Shown piece after piece: positions 1 through 12,850 of a stretch of DNA of 64,000 nucleotides. The stretch is from Octopus vulgaris (taxonomy: Eukaryota). Both the position numbers and the translations under genes were made by a program. Where the stretch lies: assembly GCA_951406725.2 (NCBI GenBank), contig OX597827.1:65658001-65722000 (forward strand), in the 5' to 3' direction. Each line of letters starts with the position of its first letter. Within the stretch, counting starts at the first letter, position 1. Below the pieces are notes generated by a model. The model was not told the origin of the DNA and did no database searches. It was given only the letters and a program-made list of their open reading frames with translations.

Positions 1-59
1 TTCCAATTTGTATTCATCTCTTAAATCATGTTTACTCCGAACACTCAGTGGATTCACCA

Positions 60-98
<39 letters not shown>

Positions 99-498
99 CT
101 CTTTACTTGTTTCAGTCATTTGACTGCGGCCATGCTGGAGCACTGCCTTTAGTCGAGAAAATCGACCCCGGGACTTATTCTTTGTAATCCCAGTACTTAT
201 TCTATCGGTCTCTTTTGCCGAACCGCTAAGTGAGATGGGGAGGTAAACACACCAGCATCGGTTGTCAAGCAATGCTAGTGGGACAAACACAGACACACAA
301 ACATATACACACACACTTATATATATATACATATATACGACAGGCTTCTTTCAGTTTCCGCCTACCAAATCCACTCACAAGGCATTGGTCGGCCCGGGGC
401 TATAGCAGAAGACACTTGCCCAAGATGCCACGCAGTGGGACTGAACCCGGAACCATGTGGTTGGTTAGCAAGCTACTTACCACACAGCCACTCCTGCG

Positions 499-500
<2 letters not shown>
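99..500 (-). mobile_element. tRNA-derived SINE, family A, full length
   Basis: The minus strand starts GGCGCAGGAGTGGCTGTGTGGTAAG (A box) then GGTTCAGTCCC (B box), followed by CTTGGGCAAGTGTCTTC, an internal CA/TA microsatellite and the tail GCAGTGCTCCAGCATGGCCGCAGTCAAATGACTGAAACAAGTAAAGAG. More than 12 related copies occur in the window. Confidence 0.9.
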
Positions 501-550
<50 letters not shown>

Positions 551-1491
551 TATATATACATACACATATCTATGTATCTGTCTATCTATTTATTTACCTA
601 CCTATATCTATATTTATCAATATATAATGCGCGTATATGTGCTCATATATCGATGTATTCCCATATATAAGTTGTTTTTTGTTAAGCTTTTCATTTTAGC
701 GTATAAGACCATTTTGTTTGTTTAAGGAGAATTACGTTTCTAAACCCATTTGCTTTTAGAAACCTTTTCACCTTCATCTTTCGAATAAAGGCATTTTAGC
801 GGCATGTGTTGCCACGTTTTGTCATTGAGAACAAACGATCTTGGGAATAATGTCATGGATCAATTACTTGTTGGCAGATTTAAACCTGATAATCAATTAG
901 CTCATATTTCCTAAATATTGATATTTTCACCTTTTTTCATTTAACAATTATGTAATTAATATTTTGAAATCGTAAATATTCCAAGCGAGTTGAAGACCTG
1001 GGGATGTTGAAATATCAATGAGATTTTTCGTTTACTACCCTTCCAAATATATTTAGCCCTTCAGATTTATTAAGAGACGATGCATGCAGTTAATAAGGCA
1101 TTGAATAATCCTATATTGTTCTCTTGCTTAAAACCCATAGGTTTCCTATACATATACGCAGAAGCATTCATCTAATGTTATGTAATATGACGTAGTTATT
1201 AAAAGTCGTTGAATGAATAATCATGCCTGTAGCGTGTTTGATCAATCCTTTCGTATTTATTTACTAGATTAAAGCTCCAGTACTATGTAGTAGTTATGTC
1301 ATTGATGCGTAAATTGATTTACAATACCTGGTAACTGAGATCATTACATAATCGTTTAACCGCTATGCTGAGAGGTTAGATGAAAGAAATATTTATGGGT
1401 TCATTCGGAACACCATGTTAGCGAGGACTGAAAGATTTCGAGGCAGTGTTCTCGCATGGCCGACGCCTAATGATGGAAACTAGTAAATATA

Positions 1492-1722
1492 TGTTTCTTT
1501 ATTACCCACAAGGGGCTAAACATAGAAGGGACAAACGAGGACAGACAAACGAATTAAGTCGATTAAACCAACCCCAGGGCGTAACTAGTTCTTAATTTAT
1601 CGACCCCGAAAGGATGAAAGGCAAAGTCGACCTCGGCGGAATTTGAACTCAGAACGTAACGGCAGACGATATACGGCTACGTATTTCGGCCGGCGTGCTA
1701 ACGGTTCTGCCAATTCGCCGTC
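1492..1722 (-). mobile_element. tRNA-derived SINE, family B
   Basis: Minus strand GGCGAATTGGCAGAACCGTTAGCAC...GAGTTCAAATTCCGCCGAGGTCGACTTTGCCTTTCATCCTTTCGGGGTCGATAAATT...TTTAGCCCCTTGTGGGTAATAAAG. Flanked by CTAGTAAA repeats, a probable target-site duplication (TSD). Confidence 0.85.
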
Positions 1723-1807
1723 CTAGTAAAAATAAAAAGATGTAATATATCTCTTCGAAAGCGTGCGTTCGAATCACTCCGCTGTCATGAGGAATATTTT
1801 ATCAAAT

Positions 1808-2213
1808 GCAGACATGGCTGTATGGTAAGAACTTTGTGTTCGAAATGACATGATTCCTAGTTCACTCCCTCTGAAGTATCACCTTGTCAAGTGCTTTCTA
1901 CTATAACCTCGAACCGACCAAATGCTTGTGAGTGGATTTGGTGGTCGAAAACTAAAACAATCACATCATATACATAGAGACCGGTCGTGTATACATGGCT
2001 GTGGGTGTCGTTCAGTCTGTGTTTGCACACCACCATCAATTGACGACAGGTATTGGCGTGTCAAGTCCTTGTAACTTAGCGGCTCAGCAAAAGAGGCGAT
2101 AAAATAAGCACTAGGCTTTTCTAAAATGTACTGGTTTCGATTCATTGGACTAAAAATTCTTGAAGGCCTTGTCCCAGCAGGGCCGCACTTTAATGACTGA
2201 AACAAGATACGGG
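1808..2213 (+). mobile_element. SINE family A, diverged copy
   Basis: ATGGCTGTATGGTAAG head, GTGAGTGGATTTGG block, GTAACTTAGCGGCTCAGCAAAAGAG block and GACTGAAACAAG tail, all colinear with 99-500. Confidence 0.8.
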
Positions 2214-2214
2214 A

Positions 2215-2257
2215 TGATATATATTTATGTGTGTGTATGCATATATATGTATGCGTG

Positions 2258-2306
<49 letters not shown>

Positions 2307-2395
2307 CTATATATGTATAAATATGTATACATGTATGTATATACACATATATGTGTATATATATATGTCTGTGTGCGTATATATGTGTGTGTGTG

Positions 2396-2453
<58 letters not shown>

Positions 2454-2849
2454 TATACATGCATACATGCATACATACATACTTACATACATACATACAT
2501 ACATACATACACACATATTGAAATGTAGCTGGAAGCTTCCTGCAGATTTAAAACCACTCATATATATTTCATATTTTATATCAGTAATTAGCTCTTCCCA
2601 TGTATATTGTAATTCTGTTGGTTTATGGTGCATTGAAAAATAATTCTAAATTTTATAAATATTTTGGAGGTATGATGCTGAAAATATCTCTCACAGACTA
2701 ATTATCTTGTCTCCTGTAGAGTATGTATATCTTTCCATCCATCCCTCCCTCACTCCATTCATCCATCAATCCATCCATCCATCTATCCATCCATCTATCT
2801 ATCTATCCATCTATCTATCTGTCCATCTATCTATCAATCTATCTATCAT

Positions 2850-2910
<61 letters not shown>

Positions 2911-2950
2911 ATCTATCTATCTATATATATATATATATAAATATATGTAT
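2215..2950. repeat. Compound microsatellites (TA)n, (TATG)n, (GATA)n, (CATC)n, (TATC)n
   Basis: Arrays are directly visible at about 2215-2515 and 2735-2950. Confidence 0.95.
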
Positions 2951-3172
2951 ATCCATCTTCATCGTGATTGTGGCTATGGCGAAAGAATGTGCATGGTGGA
3001 CGCGTCTGAAAGGTCTAAAGACAAACACGTTCCTCTCTGGACAATCTCTCCTCAACGTCTTCAGGTATCACTTGAAAAGGAAGATGAAAGTACAGAGGGA
3101 AGTTTTGTCTAGTGGATGTTTCGAAAAAGATGGGTGCATGCAGCAAGGATGGCACGTGTGAATGACGAAGTG
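2951..3172 (+). mobile_element. L1/Tx1-like LINE ORF2 C-terminal fragment
   Basis: Translation IVAMAKECAWWTRLKGLKTNTFLSGQSLLNVFRYHLKRKMKVQREVLSS is clearly homologous to the copy at 56247-56513. The W-W-x-R C-terminal pattern is typical of L1/Tx1 ORF2. Confidence 0.7.
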
Positions 3173-3275
3173 ACATGATTCCGGGTTCAGTCGAATTGCA
3201 TGGCAATTTGGGCAAGTGTCTTCAACTCTTCCCTCAAGCAGACTAAAGCGGAAGAGGGAAACAGGAAGAAGCACG

Positions 3276-3326
<51 letters not shown>

Positions 3327-3575
3327 AGTGTGTGTGTATATTTATGTGTGCGTCTTTGCGTCGGTATCCGCTTCTACAATCGCTTGGGAAACGATGTTAG
3401 TGTGTTTACGTTCCCGTGACTTATTAGCAGATCTGCAAGAGATCGATAAAAATAAGTGCTACAGCTTACAAAGCATAAGATCTACGGTCAATTAGTTCTA
3501 GTAAAAGACCCTTCAAGGCGGTGCTCCAACATAATCGTAGTCAGATGATTGAAACCATTATAAGAATAAAAGAAA
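3173..3575 (+). mobile_element. SINE family A, diverged copy
   Basis: TTCCGGGTTCAGTC, TTGGGCAAGTGTCTTC, internal TA/TG repeats and an AAGGCGGTGCTCCAACAT tail. Confidence 0.7.
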
Positions 3576-4464
3576 ACGTAACCTAACCCTTAATTTAATC
3601 AATAAAAATTTCTGCAAAACCCATCTCCAAAATTACACCGCATAAAATTATACCACTCTACTCAAACCCACAAATACAAGGAATATTTTAGTTGAAAAGA
3701 GACTATATAAATCATCGGAGCCCGACGTTAGATTAGCTCGCTGAAACTTCGAAGTTACTGTCAATAATATTATTCGTTGAAGATGATAGGTGTTTTTGTG
3801 TGTGTATGTGTGTGTGTGTGTGTGTGTGAATGTGTATACGAAGGAAACAATGTTAAACTAACCACTATTCAAAGTTGGAGTAAGACAGAGATATTGATTA
3901 AAAAAAAAATACAGTGCAACAATATAATGTAATGACATCTTGATTCGAGAATAGTTTACAGCAGGTGAGGTCTAGAGTGACACACAGACACACACACACA
4001 TACACACACACACTTCACACGCACACACACAAACAAGCACACAGATATATAGACAGACAGACAAGACATACGCAAACAGCCGTCGTATCAAGAAAGCCAC
4101 ATACGCGCACGTACACACACAAACAATTAGAACTCGTTATTTATTATTAATCGTAATTACGCTGTCTTTTGTAACTATTGATTAAAATCCAGTCGAGGGA
4201 ATAGAATGTTACAAATTTAGTAGAACAGACCACTTTAAGTGGGTATGTTATTTTTATAGACATTCGTAGATCGTTTAGTCGCGAATACGTTTCTCCGATG
4301 ATATTACAAGAGTGACATACCCATGGCATATTAAATAAGTAATGGTGCTCTGATGTTGCTCAGATTGGTATTTTTTCTACAGAAAACCACAACAAAAACG
4401 GTAACATGGCCGGAGAAAAAAATTATCACTACTAAGTCTTTTCATAAAAAATAATGATAATAAT

Positions 4465-4677
4465 ACTTTCTACTATAGGCACAAGGCCTCAAATTTTGGG
4501 AAAGGATTTAAGTCAATTGCATTGACCCAAGTACTTAAATGGTACGTAATTTATCGACCCCGGTAGGGTGAAAGGTGAAGTCGACCTCGGCGGAATTTCA
4601 ACTCAGAGCGTAGCGGCACACGAAATACCACTAAGAGTTTCGCTCGGCGTGCTAAAGATTCCACCATCTCGCTGCCA
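4465..4677 (-). mobile_element. SINE family B (GGCCTTGTGCCTATAGTAGAAAG tail type)
   Basis: TTTATCGACCCCG...AAGTCGACCTCGGCGGAATTTCAACTCAG on the plus strand. Confidence 0.8.
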
Positions 4678-4778
4678 TAATTATTATAATTATAATAATA
4701 ATAATAATAGTAATAATACTTGGGCAAGTCTTCTACTATAGCCTCGGGCCGACCGAGGACTTGTGAGTTGATTTGGTA

Positions 4779-4878
4779 NNNNNNNNNNNNNNNNNNNNNN
4801 NNNNNNNNNNNNNNNNNNNNNNNNNNNNNNNNNNNNNNNNNNNNNNNNNNNNNNNNNNNNNNNNNNNNNNNNNNNNNN
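4779..4878. other. Assembly gap (100 N), preceded by a SINE-A fragment at 4719-4778
   Basis: Run of n characters. Confidence 0.99.
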
Positions 4879-4999
4879 TGTGCACCAGTTACCCAATCGT
4901 AAACGCCTGAAAGTATCTAGTATGTAGTCTTCCCTGGTGAAACTCTTTTATACACTCTCTTATACAGAAATACACCCTTTGGACATTCTCTTATATACT

Positions 5000-7295
5000 G
5001 AAATGAAAAAGAAAGTACAGCACACATGGACAAGTATATAATATATAATTTGATGAATGTTTGTGAAAGTAATCCGAAATATCCAGTCTTCAGTGTTGCA
5101 ATAACATTAATTACGTGGGTAAGTTGCTTCCTTATATTCTGGCTATCACCATTTGACAGCTTAAAAACAATTCCTTACCTTTGTCACATGTTCATAGTAA
5201 ATGGCATAGTAGCTGTGGATGATTAATGCTAGCCGAACTCTGGAAGATATCAATAGGTATGTCTGTGATACTTTTCCAATAGATTTTCCAAATGCAGCGT
5301 CTGCTGTCAACTTTAAGCATTCTGTATGATTCTCGGAATGATCCCCATAGTGCGCAAGACTTGGCATTTGTAAGGAATCCTGTATAACCACTATACTTAA
5401 GAGATGTGGTCATTGCGGTAGTAGATATATCTTACAACACTTCATCTATTTCAGAAAGCTGCAGCAGTCGGAAAAGTAAGAACGAGTTTAGGCTCAGAAA
5501 ACAGAATTTTCTCAGCTGTTCATAATAGTTCGAATATAATTACAGGGAGAAATTATGTTATGATTATGGAGACAGTCAGAATGATGTTGACGCCTCTGAT
5601 GAGGACCCAATAAGGTTCGAACAGTCGATATGGGGGAGGGTAATGGCTGTGTGGTAAGTAGCTTACTTATGAAGCTCGTGGTTCCAGGTTCAGTCCCACT
5701 GCTTGGCACCTGGGGCAAGTATCGTCTACTATAGCTTCAGGCCGACCAACGCCTTGTGTGTGGATTTGGTAGACAGAAACTGAAAGAAGCCCGTCGTATA
5801 TATATATATGTATGTGTATATGTATATATGTGTGTGTACTTGTGTTTGTCCCGCCAACATCTCTTGACAACCGATGCTGGTGAGTTTACGTCCCCGTAAC
5901 TTAGCGGTTCGGCAAAAGAAACCGATAGAATAAGTACTAGGCTTACAAAGAATTTGCTCGACTAAAGGTGATGCTCTAGCATGGCCATAGCCAAATAACT
6001 GAAACATGTAAAAGAGTATAATATACACAAAAATGATTTGAAATCCGCCCGCCCGCCCACCAGAATCTAGCGGATCAAGAAGCGGGAAGATGGTGAATAG
6101 AACCGATGTACTGAATAGAATAGTTAAAAATGCTTAAGCTATTTGTTGTTTATTAAAGTTGATGAGTCCTCTAGTGATAATATACTTCATTGAAATATAT
6201 TATAATCTGCGACAAAACTTGGAAATAATCACCTTAATTTCTGAAGACAGTTATTATATTTTTCAAATCTGATGCGAATAATATCTTACTGAGAAATAGG
6301 GTATTATCTGTGAGGGATTTATTCCGTCTCACCGAACTTATAAAGTGGAAAAATTCTTTAAAACAGTGTAGAATATTAGAAATAATCTATAATCATGATT
6401 GACAATTGATTTTGTCGGATTAGAAACGGACTGAAACGAAATAGTTGACAGAAGACAATAATTCTTTGTGGCCTCTTAACCTAACCACAACTTGTTTTGA
6501 TTCAAAGACGAAATCCATAAAACAATGCAACTTATATCCATCTATCTATACACTTAGAATTGTTTTCCTGTGTTAAAGTAACTATCTGCATACATTTTCG
6601 TCGATCAAATTTAAGCATTTGGGAAACTTGCTTTCAAGTGGGCAACAACAAAAGGAAAAAGTTTCAAAAGAAAATTCTAATACATCATTTTAAAGTGAAC
6701 TGGGGGAAATTTTAAACGGATTGGACAACGAGGTGTTGACAGATTCTACGAAGATGTTGTGCGTTTAAGACATAACTTGGTTTGATTTTGCTAGGACGCA
6801 GTTGCAATTAATTGTATCAGACATAAACGTTTATATGGACCTGTCATGGGTAATACAAACATCGGTTCTATAACCATCATATAGAAGGTTTTACTAGGGA
6901 TAATACAAAGTTTTGGTGATAAAGGTTCCCATTGTAAGTTGTTAATCTCCAACACCACGAAACCAATGTATGAAATAATAGTAATTGTATTTGATCCAGC
7001 AAGATTATTTAGTTATTATGGTCCTTATGAACACAGTGGAAATAAAACTGAGTTCATATTGGGTGATATCTATGACGCACATTATTGCACGATTGATTTT
7101 GCTATGTGAATGTGCACGGAGGCCATAAACGTCGGAAATATTTCATGGATACCATGCAGCTTCACCGATATAAATTCACACTTAGGAAATTTCTTTCGAA
7201 TTGATATGAACGTCAGCAGGCAAATATCTCAGAGAAACACATATCCGACCGCTGATATGAAATGTGTGTATGTAGCTGGAAATAATCAATGTTAA
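5000..7295 (+). pseudogene. Very old, heavily decayed L1/Tx1-like ORF2 relic, interrupted by a SINE
   Basis: Degenerate motifs appear in the expected order: KCLSYLLFI (near 6130, resembling GCPLSPLLF), SDANNILL (near 6268, resembling YADD), TGG...VRLRHNL (6700-6780), and terminal NFFRIDMNVSRQ...KCVYVAG, which resembles NFFKYHLKRKVRVERQ...KRWVNVAR in the younger copies. Many stops and frameshifts; matches are by eye. Confidence 0.4.
5632..6016 (+). mobile_element. SINE family A
   Basis: TGGCTGTGTGGTAAG head, GGTTCAGTCCC B box, tail AAAGGTGATGCTCTAGCATGGCCATAGCCAAATAACTGAAACATGTAAAAGAG. Confidence 0.9.
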
Positions 7296-7714
7296 CACGC
7301 GTGGTTAAAAGGTGTGTGAGGATAGTAAATACAATATTGTAAAAATAATGCATTGAAATATTAAATGGATGCTGTATAGGTAACTCCAAAATCGCTTTCT
7401 TTTTTGGACTTCCCAGATTTACGAAATGTAAAAACCATAACAAACCATTGAATTTTTGAATCTGATGTAGAGAAACCACGCTATGTATCAGTACTTCTGA
7501 TTGATGTTACACCGGTGTAGAGTTCTTTCTCATTCTTACAACAAGCTGCTCTCCAATGTCTCCAGGAGACAGGAAATATTTCAAATAGAGCAGCTGAGTC
7601 CTGATAACATTCTAATATGTATACTTTAGTTGTTGCCTTTCTGCAACAAATCACTTTCTTAGGTTGATAAAAGATGTTTATCCAAAAGAAGGTATGACCT
7701 GTCTTCATCTAGCT

Positions 7715-8160
7715 TTTGTCTTTTACTTGAGTCAGTCAGCGGACTGCGACAATACTGGGATAGACCTGTGATGGCCTCCTGTACGTTAACAATTTTTAGT
7801 TCGATAATTATTCTACGGTCTCTTTCATAGAACCGCTCGTAACGGAAAAAAAGAAGGAAACCAAGCGCGGTTATCTAGCGTTACGGAGAAAATCAGCGAC
7901 AAACAGACACTCACACATATGTACACACACACACACATACACACACAGACCCCTACATGCAAACACAAACACACACACAATCATATATACGGCTGGCTTC
8001 TACATAGTTCCCCTTTAGAAACCTAATTCATTCACGAATAATTGGCCGGCACGGGGCTTTAAGAGAAGATACTTGCCCAAGGTTAACATGCAGCATATCT
8101 GCACCAAAGGTGGAAACACTTGGATCTAAATTCTTGTGTAGAAGAACCAAGTGGCTTCTT
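7715..8160 (-). mobile_element. SINE family A, old copy
   Basis: TTTTACTTGAGTCAGTCA, CGGTCTCTTTCATAGAACCGCT, CA repeat and AGAAGATACTTGCCCAAG, colinear with family A. Confidence 0.65.
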
Positions 8161-8432
8161 AGCGATTTTCGAAACAAAAATGATGTTTCATTATCAAATA
8201 ACTGTATTCTTGGAGAACTACATTGCGTCGAAACAATTGTAGCGAATAATAAAAAAAAATGTCCAACTATACTCCTTCGTATTGACTGCAACTTCTTCAA
8301 TTTTACAGCCACGCACCAGGAATGACCAAATTTAAATTTGGAAGTATAGAACAACACTACCGATAGTACTGGGCAATTCTGAAGGTGGATCAGCTTTATT
8401 CTGTACTCTACCACGTTCCTAAAGAAATATAA

Positions 8433-8605
<173 letters not shown>

Positions 8606-8607
<2 letters not shown>

Positions 8608-8846
8608 TAATCAGTTTCAGCTGAAAGCTGTGGCTATGCTGGGGTACCGCCCTTTTTCTACACTGTTATTATTGTGAGTTTCCTCTGATATGTGGCGATT
8701 GGTGAATAAGGGAGTCTGATGACACTGCCCTCATTTGCGCCTCCTGTCGCGAGGTAGGTTCACGTAGGCCTCACGACAAGAGGAGATCCAGTTTTGATTT
8801 GAAAACACCTACATCCACTTTGTGTAGGTCCCTCAGGGTCTTTCCG

Positions 8847-8847
<1 letters not shown>
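8606..8847 (-). mobile_element. CR1/L2-group LINE 3' end, 5'-truncated, between (TA)n arrays
   Basis: The minus strand translates as LRDLHKVDVGVFKSKLDLLLS*GLREPTSRQEAQMRAVSSDSLIHQ...SQ*, the FKxKLD C-terminus typical of CR1-like ORF2. It is followed by the 3' tail AAGGCGGTACCCCAGCATAGCCACAGCTTTCAGCTGAAAC. Confidence 0.75.
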
Positions 8848-8889
<42 letters not shown>

Positions 8890-9825
8890 TTTTATCTTCG
8901 AGGTATTTCTTATATAGTTATATCGGTGACCAAAGAGTTCAGTGTTTTGATCACTGATGACACTCTATTCATACCAGCTACAATATTCCTCTATTTTATA
9001 ACCCTATTAAACCTATAAGGGCATGGTTTGAAAGTATATATTCCTAGTATATATTGGTATGAATTTTCGCTTAATATATAGAGGTCCGGTTGTTTTCTGC
9101 TTGGTTCCGTGCGGTTAACAACGTGCAGAACGTTGACTGAGTATGGGAATTTAATAACCTGGTAATCATTATTCTGTCTAACTTGACATCACTTCTAGAA
9201 ATTGTGAAATGAACGGAGTATAAAGAAATTAACTGTGTTTGATAGAAATCAAAAGGAATCAACAACGTACTCACGAGTCTAGTTTTAAAACTAATATTTC
9301 TTCGAGTTTATAAATCTTATATAAATTTCAACTGAGTGATCTTGATCATCCGTTGATTATAAAATGTTTATAGATTCGTAAATTTCGAACGATTTAAGAC
9401 TGGAAACAATACAAATTTTAAGTTAGTCTGAGTTGAAACCTGTTCCTACGGCCACTAACTGACCAGAGTTCTGAAAAACACGCCTTGCCTTTACGAAGAC
9501 TGTTGTGATGAAGTGTGGGAGTATTTACCGATGCAACAATATTGTCATCTTAAGATAAACAGCTAACAGTATGCTGCTTCCTGAAAAATTACATAAACCT
9601 TGCCAAAACCGCATTAAAAACAAACAAAATAAAAACCCAGAAAATAACTAATATAGTATTTATCGATTGGAAAATTGAAAGTATATGAATGCTGCCTAAC
9701 AGATTGTCACCTACGTAGATTATCGGCTTATATATATATAAGTACTTTACCTCAGAATATTTACTTTTTATCACCTTACAAATTATCTATACAAATCTGC
9801 TCGAACGTGTACGCAGAAATATTAC

Positions 9826-9834
9826 ATACATATG

Positions 9835-9885
<51 letters not shown>

Positions 9886-9943
9886 GCACGCATGCACACA
9901 CACCATTGAACAGGCATACAATCACTTTATAAATTTACATAAG

Positions 9944-10007
<64 letters not shown>

Positions 10008-10150
10008 GTATATATATATGTATAGGTACATATATATGTATGTATCTATGCATGTATATATATGTATATATGAATATACATATACCATATTTCTTTCTAT
10101 AAATAATTATAGATATATATATATATATATATACACGGACGCACACACAT
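9826..10150. repeat. (CA)n and (TA)n microsatellites
   Basis: Directly visible. Confidence 0.95.
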
Positions 10151-10510
10151 GTGTATAATTTTATGACTTTACTCTCGCATATTAGCATTCCTCATAGCCT
10201 GTATCCGATTATAACAAATATTCAGGCGCGCAGAGACGGATACACACGTGAAAATTCAGGCACTGATATTTATACTCATATATGTATTTTTATGCGTGAC
10301 GAAAATATGTGTAGGTCTATGCATATACATATATATTTATCTTTTATCTATGTATTTATTTTAAATAATTTACACACACGCGCACGCTCGAGAACGCGCA
10401 AACTTCTGTATAAGGGTCGTAAAAAGAATATCAAAGTGATCCAACTTCGTGAAATTCTCGTAAATGTAAGCGTAATAATAATATTAATCATACCGGCTTA
10501 TATTAATAAT

Positions 10511-10962
10511 GAGAAGACGAAGAAGAAGAAGACGAAGAAGAAGAAGAAGAAGAAGAAGAAGAAGAAAAAGAAGAAGAAGAAGAAGAAGAAGAAAAAGAAG
10601 AAGAGGAAGAAGAAGAAGAAGAAATAGAAGAAAACAAGATGAGAAGAAGAAGAAGAAGAAGAAAAAGGAGTAGAAAAAGAAGAGGAAGAGGAAGAAAAAG
10701 GAGAAGAAGAAGACGACGGGGAAGGAGAGGAATTTGAGAAGAAGAAGAAGAAGAAGAAGAAGAAGAAAAGAAGAAAAGAAAGAAGAAGAAGAAGAAGAAG
10801 AAGAAGAAAAGAAGAAGAAAAGAAGAAGAAGAAGAAGAAGAAGAAGAAGAAGAAGAAGAAGAAGAAGAAGAAGAAGAAGAAGAAGAAGAAGAAGAAGAAG
10901 AAGAAGAAGAAGAAGAAGAAGAAGAAGAAGAAGAAGAAGAAGAAGAGAGAAGAAGAAGAAGA
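10511..10962. repeat. (GAA)n polypurine tract, about 450 bp
   Basis: Long, mostly pure GAA run with a few interruptions. Confidence 0.97.
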
Positions 10963-11569
10963 ATCGATTTCATGCTCTCTACCTTAAATCAGAATCACCG
11001 AAATTAAAGAAATAAAGTCTATATTCTCCGGTTATAAATTTAATTTTTTTTCCTCTCAAGTCTATTTCTTTAGTTTAAGTTTATGAGAGAAATATGTAGA
11101 AAATGTATATTTGCTGACAATTTATTCATGCAAAAATTTATCCCTCTTAATTTCCTCAAACATTCATGAGGATATGTTTTATATTGTGCTCGGTATTTCG
11201 AGAGTTGATATTGAGAATTTATTTCTTTAATATTTTTCATGAAAATAAATTTTCTATAGATATTTTTAATAAAAATCAGGTTATAATATGATGAATTTTA
11301 ATCTTTCGCAATATTCATTAAAATCTGTTATAAATTGCATAATATATTTAACGTTAGGATGTCAAAATTGTTATTAAGATTGTGGAATAATAGCATGTGT
11401 ATATATCTAGATAATTTATATATATTGGTTTCGTTTTATTTTGAATGTTGTTATTCTTTGTTTTGTTTTACTTTAATATCTTTTAAGAATGTGGTTGTCA
11501 TAATTGATCTAGCATTCATTTTGAATGTTGAATCACACACACAGAGATAAGTGCACACGCTTTCATACT

Positions 11570-11579
11570 TACATCTATA

Positions 11580-11639
<60 letters not shown>

Positions 11640-11652
11640 CATACATATATAC

Positions 11653-11686
<34 letters not shown>

Positions 11687-11726
11687 GTGTATATACATAC
11701 ATATATATATATATATGTATATATAC

Positions 11727-11768
<42 letters not shown>

Positions 11769-12015
11769 GTATTTGAATACATTTATATGTGTGTGCATGT
11801 GTATTTCAATATATGCATGCGTGTTTTTGATATATTATATCCACACGTGTACGTGTGAATAGATTTTTTATTATATTTCTCCTTTTACTAATCTCTCTAA
11901 CCACACATACCCACACGTATTGCCATGTATATATGTATATATTTACGCACACACACACACATGCATATATATATGTGTGTGTATGTGTTTGTGTGTTTGT
12001 GTGTGTGTGTTTGTG

Positions 12016-12112
<97 letters not shown>

Positions 12113-12162
12113 CGAGAGAGAGAGGGAGGGAGATAGATAGATAGATAGATATATAGATATAT
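11570..12162. repeat. (TA)n/(TG)n/(GATA)n compound microsatellites
   Basis: Directly visible. Confidence 0.95.
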
Positions 12163-12769
12163 AAGACTTGTTATCTGCTCGGTTATGAAAATTGAAGAGA
12201 TGTAGTTTTATGTATAAAACTTATTTTTGTATAACTTTCAAGACTTCACTCCTTTCTTCACAGATCATAATACTCTGATTTGTACCAGAAAGTTAAGACA
12301 GACAACCTAAAATATTAACTATATCTAATACTTTTGATTTCAAAATATGAAGCGTTTCACTATATTTTTCAAATTTTGTGAACTATAGAATGTTTCACAT
12401 TCAAAAAGTCGGTTGGAATATTATTTAATGATGGTGGTCCTGTATGAGTGTATAAGCGACAATTATTTCTATACATCTTCATAAGAAACTGTAAATAATA
12501 GTATTGAAGGTAAGTGGCACAGTAATTAGTGTCTGCCACTTATGCTAAGAAATGCATGGGTTCAGATCGTGGAGAGGGGCTACATATTTCTTTATCAAAG
12601 CATTTCTCTTCACGGCCTCGCAGTGTACGCTGTTAGTAACAAGCAAGCTTCAATTGCTGGTGCAACCATCCCTCCCTGGTAACCCAGTGGTCATATCCTA
12701 AATGTTCTGAGAGAACAAAGGCCAGTAAACGTGTGTGCTTATATCTACCTGTAGCTATGTAGGTACTAA

Positions 12770-12850
12770 ATCCTTTGGGTCTCATATGCTAGCAAATCCG
12801 AAATGGGTCTCATATACTAAGAAATCTTAAATAGGTCTCATGCTAGCAAA
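12770..12850 (+). repeat. Short tandem repeat, unit about 28 bp, about 3 copies
   Basis: GGTCTCATATGCTAGCAAATCC / GGTCTCATATACTAAGAAATCT / GGTCTCATGCTAGCAAA. Confidence 0.75.

Noticed and set aside
420-500. tRNA-like A/B boxes at SINE heads (also 31351-31430 and 52703-52795)
   Set aside because: No complete cloverleaf; these are SINE promoters, not tRNA genes.
5161-5391. Minus-strand ORF with a good AG|GTAAGG donor near 5179
   Set aside because: No recognisable protein or matching acceptor. It overlaps the decayed plus-strand LINE-like tract.
5596-5626. CTGATGA-GGACC-CAATAA-GGTTC-GAAC, a hammerhead-like core with a 5-bp stem II
   Set aside because: GAAA lacks one A, no convincing stem I is present, and it lies within the putative LINE reading frame next to a SINE insertion. 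Treated as probable coincidence.
6830-6860. LYGPVMGNT as a possible Walker A motif (parvovirus NS1-like)
   Set aside because: The spacing is wrong, the lysine is missing, and no Walker B or other helicase motifs follow.
8716-8830. CTGATGA followed by two hairpins
   Set aside because: No correctly placed GAAA or stems. The segment is explained as the antisense of a CR1-like ORF2 C-terminus.
12770-12850. ~28-bp repeats resembling a CRISPR array
   Set aside because: The units are contiguous with no unique spacers, the context is eukaryotic and there are no cas genes.
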